Positions 38,858-49,022 of a stretch of 64,000 nucleotides of DNA are shown here, in pieces. Position numbers and translations under genes: made by a program. Source of the DNA: Halocafeteria seosinensis (taxonomy: Eukaryota). The stretch is taken from positions 62,001-126,000 of the forward strand of contig LVLI01000249.1 in NCBI GenBank assembly GCA_001687465.1, given 5' to 3'. Each line of letters opens with the position of its first letter. Positions within the stretch are counted from its first letter, which is position 1. The notes beneath the pieces were generated by a model. That model was given only the letters and a program-made list of their open reading frames with translations, ran no database searches and was not told the DNA's origin.

Positions 38858-40357
38858 TTAGGGGTTTGCTGTCTCATGTTTTACTGGCTGGTAGGCGGGT
38901 GCTGAAGCAGGCTTCTCGTCCTCTTTCGGCTGGTGCGGTGATTTTGATGTAGCCGCAGCTTCTGTTCCCTCTTGCGCTACACGTTCCACAGCAGCCTGGT
39001 TAGAATTCTCTTGTTGTTGTGCAGAGTCCATCTCCCCGTTTAGTGAGGATACTGAAGCAGGCGTCTCATTCTCTTGCCATTGGTACGATGGTTTTGATGC
39101 ATCAGCTCGTGCTTCCTCATGCTCTACGTTTTCGATAGTAGCCTCATCCGAATTCTCCTGTGGTTGTGAAGTGGCCGCGTCCCGTTGTAGTGGCGGATAA
39201 AGGGATGCTAAAGAGGGTTTCTCATCCTCTTGCCGGAGGTACGACGGATCAATATCTACAAAAATCGTCGGAAACTCGACAACAGTTTGCCCTCGGAGGA
39301 TATCCTGAATGGTTGTACCATCCGGCGAAAGCTCCACGTACTGCCATTCACCTTTTTGCGCAAACGGATGCTGGTAGAAGAATCTCAAGGCGTGAATGCC
39401 TCCCCCTGCCAAATTGTACTCAGTTCCTGTTGCAGTGGTATTGTAAGTAGGCTTATGTTTCTTGTAGGCCCTCTTGCAGGCATCCATATAGGGCCGAAGG
39501 CGATGACGGATTTGCACGTTGGATGGCATAGGCTCAAGATATGCTGAAATTGCTTCCAATAACGTCGTAGTTTCCTTGGTGGTGCTATCGACCTGAATCA
39601 CTGGAGGTGTTACTCGCGGGAATTTCCACTCTATCCTCCATTTGATTACTTTCTCTTTCCCATCGTATCTGGAAGAGTTCTCCGTGTGGCGTTGCATCCC
39701 TTTAGGCATCAGTCTCAAGTTCACCCCTCGTTCCTTAGACTGCGAAACATATATAGGATGGCTTGGCGTAAGCACAAGAGAGATGTCTACTCTCATGCTT
39801 ACATGTTTCAAGAGCAAGTGTAAGTGAGGAGGCAGCTTCGGTAAAACATACGCCGGCCCGTGCTGTTGTTGATTCCCCCCTCTCTTTTGATGCTTTCCGC
39901 CACCACCTCCCCGTCCATGTTGCTGTTTATTATTAGGAACTCTCATCGTTCCAATCTCTTTAACAAATCGGTCCGCACTTTCCGTCGTTCGGGCCACATC
40001 TTCCAGCATCGAAAAATCTGGGCACCATTCCAAAAATTTAACAATTTGCTTAATTTAGCACAAATAAAAGTTAATTTTAACTTCATTATGTTAAGGTTAA
40101 TGGACATACCTCGACGAAGAATCGATTCCGAAAAGGAGTGAATATCGACGAAGTCTGTTCGGTCTCGTTTGCCCGAGCATTTGTCCTGTACGCACACACA
40201 AGTCTATCTGATCATCACGATAGAGGCGTATGCACGTGTCATATGTGTGTATTACCTCTTGTTTATGGTGCTGCACACAGGTCAATCCACAGGTCTTTTT
40301 GCCACATTTAGGGCATTTATACTTGTATAAATGCTCCCCACATTGTTCACACTCCAT
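38858..40357 (-). CDS. BCD1: Box C/D snoRNP assembly factor with an N-terminal zf-HIT domain (BCD1/ZNHIT6)
   Basis: CEQC...YKCPKC...TCGLTCVQHHK and CSGKRDRT in the first exons, then DFSMLED, RGVNLRLMPKGMQRH.ENSS..WRIEW and LRGQTVVEFPTI. Confidence 0.88.
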
Positions 40358-40416
40358 TATTATGGACTCAATAATGAATATAAAGAAAGCGTATAGATAT
40401 CAATAGGGGGTGAATA

Positions 40417-41892
40417 ATGTCATCTACCATTCATGAAGAGCTTTTTGGGGTCCCGGAGGAGGAAGACCAGGAGGAGGAGGCCGGACATAATGCCGAAAAT
40501 GACGATGATAACCGCATTACACGTACGTATACGATACACCATGCGATTCTCCATTGTTTTCTCTATCGAATGAGTGGGCTTTGGTATGCAGAAGAGGACC
40601 TATTTGGGACAGACGTGGACGATGAAGATGACGAAGGCGCCACCGGGCCGGGTCAGCAGAGCCAAACCAACCTTTATACACGACATACAGACCAATCGCA
40701 GGAAGCTGCTCCCAAGAATCTGGACGCGCCTCGTTTGTGCGTCCCTCGTGTGGAAAAACCAGTCCCGGGGAAGCATAGGTTGAGCTCTATGAGGCTGCCT
40801 CCCACCGTCAGCTATGCCCAACAGCCTTATGAAGCTTTCCTGTATGATGAGGAAACAGAGGAGTTAGAGCTCCATAAGAAGGGCAAGATGGCTGCGGCCG
40901 AGAACATGATACGCTGGAGGTTGAAGCGCGATGAGGAGGGAAATATCGTCAAAGATGAGAATGGGAAACCTCGCATGGAATCCAACGCACGAGCTGTCAA
41001 ATGGTCGGATGGATCTTATACATTACATATTGGACGTGAATCCTTTAATTTCCTGCAGCGCGCGGGTGAAACAGAACACGCGCATATGTTTGCGACACAG
41101 ACGGCGTATAACTCAACTCGCCCCTCTGAGGAAGAAGAGAACGTGGATGGAGAAACATGCTTGGAAGCGGTGGGACCATTGGCAAGTCGCTTTGTCTTGA
41201 GGCCGACAAGATTAATCGGGTCCAGCAGTCGTGCTGCTGTATTGGAAGCTAGGCGACGCACGGACCGAACTGGGAGAGGTATTGCTGTTACGGAATACTT
41301 ACAAAATCCTGAAAAGGCGAAGGAAAAACGAGTCAAAGAATTAGATGAGATGTGGAGAATGAAGCAAAGGCAATATGAATCAGTCCGACGGGGTGACCAA
41401 CAGAAGAAAGGGCAACGAAGGAAACAAACAACTCTCACTGCGGACTTTCTGGAGGCAGGCGATGACTATGAAGAAGAGGAGGCCGAATATGAAGACGTAT
41501 CGGGAGCGGGTGGGCTCAATGAGCTCAAGCGTGCTGTGAAGAGTGGAGAGCGCGGTGGCACTAAAAGCAAGAAGAAAGGGCACAAGGAGGAAGAAGACGA
41601 TGATGATGGATTTATTGCCGGCGAGGAGGACGAAGACGAGGAAGCAGAATATGAAGAATCCGAAGAAGGCGATGATGACGAGGACGAGGAATCCTCAGAC
41701 GAAGAAGAGGAGGACGACGAGGAGGATGTGGACATGGAAGCCTCGGCCGCTTCAGCCGCCCAGCCATCATCATCATCCACGACTAGGAAAAAGTCGAAAA
41801 AGAAAGGCAAGAAGCGAGGCAAACTGAAAAAACGCGGAGAGGATGAGGACAATAAAGAAGAGAATGAGTCTAGCGATGAGGACGTCAAGTAG
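40417..41892 (+). CDS. LEO1: Paf1 complex subunit Leo1
   Basis: ENMIRWR...ESNARAVKWSDGSYTLHIG Leo1 signature and an acidic tail. There is probably one in-frame intron near 40522-40590. Confidence 0.9.
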   Translation: MSSTIHEELFGVPEEEDQEEEAGHNAENDDDNRITRTYTIHHAILHCFLYRMSGLWYAEEDLFGTDVDDEDDEGATGPGQQSQTNLYTRHTDQSQEAAPKNLDAPRLCVPRVEKPVPGKHRLSSMRLPPTVSYAQQPYEAFLYDEETEELELHKKGKMAAAENMIRWRLKRDEEGNIVKDENGKPRMESNARAVKWSDGSYTLHIGRESFNFLQRAGETEHAHMFATQTAYNSTRPSEEEENVDGETCLEAVGPLASRFVLRPTRLIGSSSRAAVLEARRRTDRTGRGIAVTEYLQNPEKAKEKRVKELDEMWRMKQRQYESVRRGDQQKKGQRRKQTTLTADFLEAGDDYEEEEAEYEDVSGAGGLNELKRAVKSGERGGTKSKKKGHKEEEDDDDGFIAGEEDEDEEAEYEESEEGDDDEDEESSDEEEEDDEEDVDMEASAASAAQPSSSSTTRKKSKKKGKKRGKLKKRGEDEDNKEENESSDEDVK

Positions 41893-42012
41893 TCGGCAGA
41901 TCCAGTATACATTAAGTAACAGTTCTGCAGCATATTGTGTACAATTTTTTTACTTCTTTGTTGTAAACTGTATACGCCTTAATCTACCTGGCTGTTGGCA
42001 GTACATATTTGG

Positions 42013-42834
42013 CTATCGCACTCCTGTCATGCCCTTTTGTCTCTTTTGTTGTTTGCCCATCATTCTTTTCACTGCTCCTTTGGGCAGACCATCTTGGCTT
42101 TCCATAACTAATCGTTGATATTCCTGGGCCGTCTTGGGTAAAGGCAGTCCCTTCTGGTGTCTATGGTGCACCCAATGGTGCATATCTTTGGTCCATTGGT
42201 ATTGCTTTAAGAGTCGATTGACAGCCGAGACTTCCACTCCCGTTTCTCCAGCAATTCTTAATTTCGCTCGCCGCGTGATTAGCGAGGGGTCATCCAGCTC
42301 CTCTTCCGTCAATCCTTCGGCTACTTTCAGGTCTTGAAATGATTGCTCTATTTCACGCTGCTGCGCTGTCGTTCGGAAGTAGGACTTCCACCCATCCACG
42401 CCCGCTATTTTCGCTATGTCCTGCATCATGAAACGCTGTTTATGCACTAATTCACAGTGGGAAATACTGGCAGGACTCACCCTCAGCATGGTAATATGCT
42501 CACGCATACCGTAATGATCCACTGTAAGCAAATAATCCACCTGAGCCTTAAAGAGCTCCCCTGCAGAGCATCCGTCCTATACACGAAGTAGGTGGCATTT
42601 ATGGAGCATGGTACGGGACTCTGACGTACCTTGTTTTTCATCTTGCTTCTCCTGTGTACGCTGTTGGAAACTCTCTTTGACGCGGTCGAAAATACCAAAG
42701 CACCGGCGGCCGCCATCCCTTGTAAGTCCAGGCCAACGTGGAGCTACAGACGCTGAGAGGGGTACTATAGAAGGAGCACGTCGTACGACGCCTGTTCGAT
42801 GTCGCTCCAAAGAGCGTACAAAAGAGAGTCGCAT
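42013..42834 (-). CDS. Stand-alone SRP54/Ffh M-domain protein with a predicted mitochondrial presequence (MAP67-like), 3 exons
   Basis: LTEEELDDPSLITRRAKLRIAGETGVEVSAVNRLLKQY resembles the Ffh M-domain motif (SMTxxExxxP...RxxRIAxGSGxxxxEVNxLLKQF). The N-terminus is Arg-rich and acid-poor, ending RRCF. There is no NG GTPase domain. Confidence 0.75.
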
Positions 42835-42920
42835 TTTTGTTATATATGTATTGTTAGTGATAAAATCGAATCAAACCCAATTACGTAATTAGTAGCATTC
42901 AATTCCAAGCCCCAAAAGAC

Positions 42921-44116
42921 TTAGATTACCACCGACATGAATTCACAACGTCCACACGAGGCAATCAAATTTTGCCCCTCGTAATTCGTACGACCATCAT
43001 CGTTGTTCGCACTCGTACATATAACCTGGTAGTCCAAGTCACCAGGGCAACCGGTATCTATATGCTCTTGATAGGATTCTGCTAACTGTGTATGTAAATG
43101 TTCCACCGTGATGCCGTTCAAAGTATCCAAGCTGAAACCGCATCGGCAGATTATAATAGCACCGCGTTGATAAAGCCATCTCTTTTTGCAAAGGGGACAT
43201 AACACTTCTGATTGTTTAATTGCATTACTGTTTGTTGAGGCCGACGATCCGCCATACCGTGCTTCCTGGCTACTGATACCATCCACCTCGTTCAAAAACG
43301 CCAGTTCTCTAGCTGCGCGACCTAAACAATGTGAGGATATTGCATACAATCACAGAGGACGGAACAAGGGAAGTTTGACTGATACCAAATTTGGGTAGTT
43401 TGCTTACCTGTTTCGTCGTTCTCCTCTACTTCGGCTAGTTCGGCGGCAGTATGATCGAGTACGCTTTCGTAGCGTTCCAACTCGTTTTCTTCTGTGGGAC
43501 CATATCGTCTACATACTTGTATAGAACGAACACAACAACAAAGATCACGTTTCTTACCAATATTGTGCATGCATTCATAGAGGTATTCCTCCAATTCCTT
43601 GAGAAGCTCGGCATCATGTTGGACACCGCCGTTGACAGCTGTAGCTCCTTCTGCAGCAGCAAAATCGGAAGCAAAAACACCGTGACTATAGCACGCAACA
43701 ATTCACCCTCAATAAAGAAAATCGCAAGAACAGGAGAGATACATCATCTGCCGAGGGTATGGACCTGGACGTAATGCTACATCAAGATACGGGAACTTAC
43801 GGAAAGACGTGCATGCTTCGTCGGCTTCAAGATCTCTGTCTTCGTCCGGTTCCTCCCTGGAAATGGCTCCCTGCTGGCTCGTTTGCTGGCAGATCTGCTG
43901 GACCAGTTCCTGAGGACTTGCCGACTTGGACCGGATGTGCTGGAACAAGGCGTAACGCTTCTCTTGGATCCTTTCTTTGCATTTACGTTTCAAACGCTCT
44001 CGCATCCGGGGCAAGGCGGACACCTCCTGCTGCTCCTCCACTTCGCTTTTCGACAAACCAGCAAGTTCATCCGAGGAGCTCTTGACGGATTTGACAGACC
44101 GAGGATGACCCATCAT
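42921..44116 (-). CDS. RPAIN: RPA-interacting protein (multi-exon)
   Basis: N-terminal RERLKRKCKERIQEKRYALFQHIR, an acidic middle region, and a C-terminal zinc finger CPLC...CRCG...H..TGC...CGRCEFMSVVI*. Confidence 0.82.
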
Positions 44117-44472
44117 GGTGGTCACAGACGGCAGAAAACGAGCATAATGCTACAATATCCGTGGCGAAGGACGGTTGCTCCAAGTTCAACTTGATCGTCA
44201 TAGAGGAGAACGATGCCTTCCAATCAAACAGACACCCTTCTCATGTCCCTCTCCAACTCATTTACCTTGCAATATTCTTGCATGCCATGTGTATACTGCA
44301 TCCATGCACGCTTAGCACGCGAATAAAAGCTCACCGGACCAAGGTCGGGGACACCTCCCGACCACTCCCGTGCCAGGGCACGGAGGAATTTAATAAAATC
44401 CATTGCGTTGGATTGTTGGCGCATATACAGAGGGAAAAATGTACCATCATTAGCATATAGAACTAGTGAAAG

Positions 44473-45893
44473 ATGATCCCAGGCCTGAGTACATCGAAAC
44501 CGGCGAAACCAGCCGTCAAACGCAAGACTTTTGGAACGAATCGGCTGGCGCCCGGGGCTATTTTACCTTCCAAAAAGGAGCTTATTACAGGCGAAAAACC
44601 ATCAAATGCGGACCAATCGACCACTTCATCAGACGGAGAGTCCAATTCCGCGTCGAATGGTACCTCAGGAGTGGCCAGTGGGAAGAAACATGGGTTAGAA
44701 AATGGGGTCAAAGGGAAGGCAAAAAAACAGAAAACCGTAGACTACGAGGAGGAGCAGCTGGAAACCCCAGATAAGGGCCGCTTCACGTTTGCCGTGGTGT
44801 GCGCCTGTAATATGAACCGGAGTATGGCAGCTCATAAGGCAATGCAGGAACAAGGGTACAAAGTGCAGTCATTCGGCACAGCGCGACAGGTATGTTGTAG
44901 ATATAATATCACTCTTGGTTTGTATGACGATGGTCGAAAGAGCTACCCTCCCAAGTCAATGAATAACTACATTTGCTCCAATACGACCCAACAAGTCAAA
45001 ATCAAGTCCAAGGACATGATATCGATGAGCAACCAGATTTCAAAGATTGTGATTGGAGGCTGTTTGTTTGCAATAGGAGGGCTCTCATTTCGTATTGTGT
45101 TCTCCGTGTTCTACTCGTTGAATTCGACAACTGAGATTGTTCTATGTCGTGACGTTGGACCTCTTTGATACCCACTTACCTCGATTGCAACTGATGCCAT
45201 GATGCACAGGTGAAATTACCGGGAGAATCGCACTCAGCAACGTTTCCGTTTGGAACGAAATATACAGAGATTCTAGAATACGTCAAGGACCCGTCACGCC
45301 GGGAGTGGTGAGTCAGAGAAAGAAGTATCATTCTCAACTTTGCTATATACGACGTCTATACACGTAAATACAGGAGTGAGGAGAAAGGCGTTACGGATAT
45401 GCTTGAACGAAATGTCCAACTAAAGGGCTCCCCGGAGCGGTGGCAGGAAGTAGACGATCCTCACCAGTTCGATATTATCATTTGTTTCGAATCCCGAGTC
45501 TTTGAACACCTGAATGAAGGTACTATCCATTGATAGGACGTTAAGATTCATTCCATTTCCAACAGACCGCTTTGCGAAACTTCTCGCTGCAGATTTAAGA
45601 TCCCGGGAACCTTCCGGGGAACCAAAGAGCTTGCACGTGATTAATATAGAGACTAAGGATGACACCAAGTCAGCTGATCAGGGAGCCAAGTATGCTTTAC
45701 AGTTTGCTGAAATGGTAAGTACTCGCCAAGCGCCAGTGTGCAACGAACCATAACTTTATGCTCCTTGCATCTGAACGAGCAGGCTGCCAAGCTGCCAACG
45801 AACACCACCCTCGACGAAGGCATGGACCATCTTCTTCCCAAAATACAGAAAGAAATTGGCGCAGATCCGCTTTATGTTGAACATCGTCTTTGA
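44473..45893 (+). CDS. SSU72: RNA polymerase II CTD phosphatase Ssu72 (5 exons)
   Basis: FAVVCACNMNRSMAAH (CX5R), VQSFGT..VKLPG, FGTKY, MLERN..K..PERWQ, FDIIICFESRVF and HVINIETKD. Confidence 0.9.
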
Positions 45894-46407
45894 ATTTATA
45901 GCTTTTCTCAATTCCCTCCTGGACATGAATATAAATAGACGCAGTGTCGGGTACTATTATGTAGCGCAACATGCAAGTGTGATATCGACCACTCAGTTCC
46001 TTCAACACCGCACAGTCACATTATCAACCCAATTTCTCATACCAGCAGCTCATCTTTAAAGATGGGTTGAGAATTATTGATGGAATGCAATGTCCGACAG
46101 TGCCATGGATGCGACGGGTTCGACTGTTTTCCTACTGCGCGAGGGTCGGGTTCAGAAAACTGGTTCCGTCGTATGAGGAAGAAGTTACTAGGCGAGTAAG
46201 AGCAAAGCAGCTCTCCGGCAACTCCTTTAAGATATCGCTGCAAACGTATCAGGTTCAACGGAAGTGGCATAAATTCTTGTAGCATGATATAATCACAAGG
46301 TATTGTCGTGCTTACCGTCACCGCCATTCCAACCATTGTACTCCGGCTAGCACCGTTCTTAAACGTTGCCGACCGAGAATATACACTGAATGAATGCATG
46401 AGTGGAT

Positions 46408-47368
46408 TCAATTTTGTTTTAGTGGCTGACACCGAAGCATAGGCGGGTGTGTCGGGGGTCAGTGAAAATTTAGCTTCTTGTGTGAGGGCAGAAAACTGAT
46501 TTACGTGTCGTTGCGCTTCTTCGCGAGCTTTTCTTTGTTCTGTAGCACAAGAGCGCCTTAGACATATTCAGTTTAGTTTTCAAAAGACCAGATGGCATCT
46601 ATAACTTACCTCTTAGGGCGCAGCTCTCTCTCTTTCTCGTTCTTCTGACGATCTTCCTCCGAAGCAGCGGTTGGTCCCGCTTGAAGAACGGATGACTGTA
46701 AGCCAAGCGGTCGGATTTTGCATTGCACTTCCCTCTCTTTCGACCTCGACTTGGGGAATGATATTCATTGACGGATTCAAACGCCCTTACGAACCGAGTG
46801 CAACTATAGAATCTGCAACAGAAAACCAAGAGAATGGTGGGGACTACTGTACACTTCAGGGGAGGGGGGTTGTATCCTCGCGAGCATACCGCTCCTCGTT
46901 AAGAGGATGCCGTCATCTTCCCGGCCGGTGGGCTATCTGTCACATTTGTGTGTGTGTGTCGCGAACTTACTCATAGTACCGCAATTGCCTTTGAAATGCT
47001 TGAATTCCTCTGCATTGTAAATTAATGATTAGAGAAATCATGCGCTGTTGGAAGACATCCTAAGACCGGAATTGTACATACTTATGCGAAAAGTATCTCG
47101 GAATCGCCATGGCAATAAACTCCTGAACTGGATCAATAATAAACGTCTTACCATCGTTAGACCAGCTAATGCAAGGGAGCGATTGATCCTCAACCATCCT
47201 CCACAGTTTATCTACGAATTCATTCCCCGTGTCTTTCTCTCCGTTACGACGTCTTTGTCGTCGCTTGGCATCTACACTGGTAGGCGCATCCGTTGAGCCA
47301 CCACATTCTACGATATCATCAGCTTCGTCACTACTGCTTTCGCTTGCCACACGTTTTCGACGAGACAT
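46408..47368 (-). CDS. HSF-type DNA-binding transcription factor (4 exons; 3' end tentative)
   Basis: FVDKLWRMVED...ISWSNDGKTFII...IPRYFSH / KGIQAFQRQLRYY / EF...YSHPFFKRDQPLLRRKIVRR, joined in frame across GT-AG introns. Confidence 0.82.
46884..46958 (+). mobile_element. SINE-like retroelement, copy 2 (5'-truncated, 75 bp), inside HSF intron 2
   Basis: Matches the 3' half of copies 1 and 4 and ends in (TG)n. Flanked by the exact repeat TCGCGA (46878-46883 and 46959-46964). Confidence 0.8.
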
Positions 47369-48961
47369 TGTTCTGGTCGGCGGAACTAACGTGAAGGGGT
47401 GTTATTTCAGCATCCTCGCTGCAGTGGGAACATGAGTGCCAACAATTCCGCAAATTAAAGCTGTCACGGCACAAAGTTCCGGCGCCTCTACGTGCACTAC
47501 AATGGCCATTGCCGTAAAGAGGTATTGTGGATAAAGAAGAACCATTGCACATACCTATGGTCCGTCCGCGGCAAATACCTACGGTATACCAATTCGTTCC
47601 CAGCAAATACTTTATCTGTTTCTTTTCTTCACTGTCCCCACGGATCTGTATTCGATAACGGGCTATTCATTCAACTGACAACCTTCGGTCAACGAGCTGA
47701 GGTACATGCATATCAGTGCATGCGCAAAGTCGGAAAGAAAAAATAAAACTCCTGCTAACAACACAAATCCCCCATCAGCAGATCCTCTGTGGTCCTGTGG
47801 TCCGCGTGCGGGTGTATCACCCAACCCTCGCGCCCGAAGTCCCCTCTTCTTTGTTCGACGAGGCGGTGCTTCGGGAGGCTATTGAAGGGCTTTTCTTCAC
47901 TGTGACACGCCATGGTGTACAACTCATGGAGGACACCATCGAAAGCACACATGATAGATGCACTTATACCGCCCTGCTGTTACTCCCGAGTAGCGCTTAC
48001 AACACCGTATAGTTTTCACGGGACTTCGCCTATTCCGGCTTCCAGTTCCCCCACCATGCTCCCTTACCAAGTTCGCCACAGGCTGTGGGGGGACGCTGAG
48101 GTGGAACTTGTTCTTCGGGTAGATGCAAACAACTGATGCATCCAGCGACTCGGTATTTCAACAGGTTGGTTGTCTTTCTTTGACGCCTTAGAATGAACTG
48201 TTGAAGCTATTTTTTGTGGACCCGCAAACACCCCCAACGGGCGGCAGAATGAGGTGGTGGTGATTCGGCCAGCATTTCAGAAGGAACAGTTCCGGCTAAA
48301 CTCACCTTAAGGTTAGAACCACGTATATTCGCGCCGCCGTAACCTCTCAAGAGCGTGAAACGAGGTGGGGTCAACTTACTAGACCAAGAGCGTGTGACAA
48401 ACTCGAAATGTTGCTCCATACAAGGGCTTCCGGACTTTCCACTCCGGAGTTTACCGAGTAAACTCGACCTAAGTCGAAAGTATTGGGCGGTAGAACTTCG
48501 AGAATAAAACTGGGATCGAGGATAATATTCGTTTGTCAAACGCTAAAGACAAGCTTTTCATTATCAACCCATAGGATCCATCACAATTACGGAGAACATG
48601 TTCTCTGGGTGCTACTCCGCGGATGAAGCGCCGCCCTCTAACAGCACGGGGTAGACGAAGGCAACAAGTTAATGTCATATTCCTTAGAGACAGTACGAAG
48701 GGGAATTTATTCAACAATGTTGCTATGGAGTTCATGCGCGAAGAAAAGCCTGTGGGATGATGAAGCATTGCTGGTTACTCGCTGAGTTCAGTTCAGTGGA
48801 GGTTGTACATGTACCCCGTGTGTCTTCATAACTTTATCTATTGTTTCCCACACATAAGCTTTGAAAGAAAACTTGGGTCTTGGATTCCCTATTTTGCTGC
48901 GAGTGTCCGTCATCCTTCCCCGAAGTGCCGAAAGAAACCTACAGAAAACAAGTAGCCACAT

Positions 48962-49022
48962 ACACACACACATATGTGACAGATAGCCCACCGGCCGGAG
49001 AGTTACTGGAGTATTGTTCTAA
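48962..49022 (-). mobile_element. SINE-like retroelement, copy 3 (about 43 bp of the 3' end plus about 18 bp of filler)
   Basis: acacacacacatatgtgacagatagcccaccggccgg matches copy 1. Flanked by the exact repeat TAGCCACAT (48953-48961 and 49023-49031). Confidence 0.72.

Noticed and set aside
38858..38860. Possible TAA=Gln genetic code
   Set aside because: TAA terminates other genes here (kinase, RPAIN, atlastin) and long exons contain no in-frame TAA.
41466..41933. Poly-Ser antisense ORF and similar long antisense ORFs (for example 31891-32598)
   Set aside because: Shadows of acidic or low-complexity coding sequence on the opposite strand.
47755..47952. HPHADH resembling the metallo-beta-lactamase HxHxDH motif
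   Set aside because: An isolated motif in a short frame with no other MBL motifs; could be chance.
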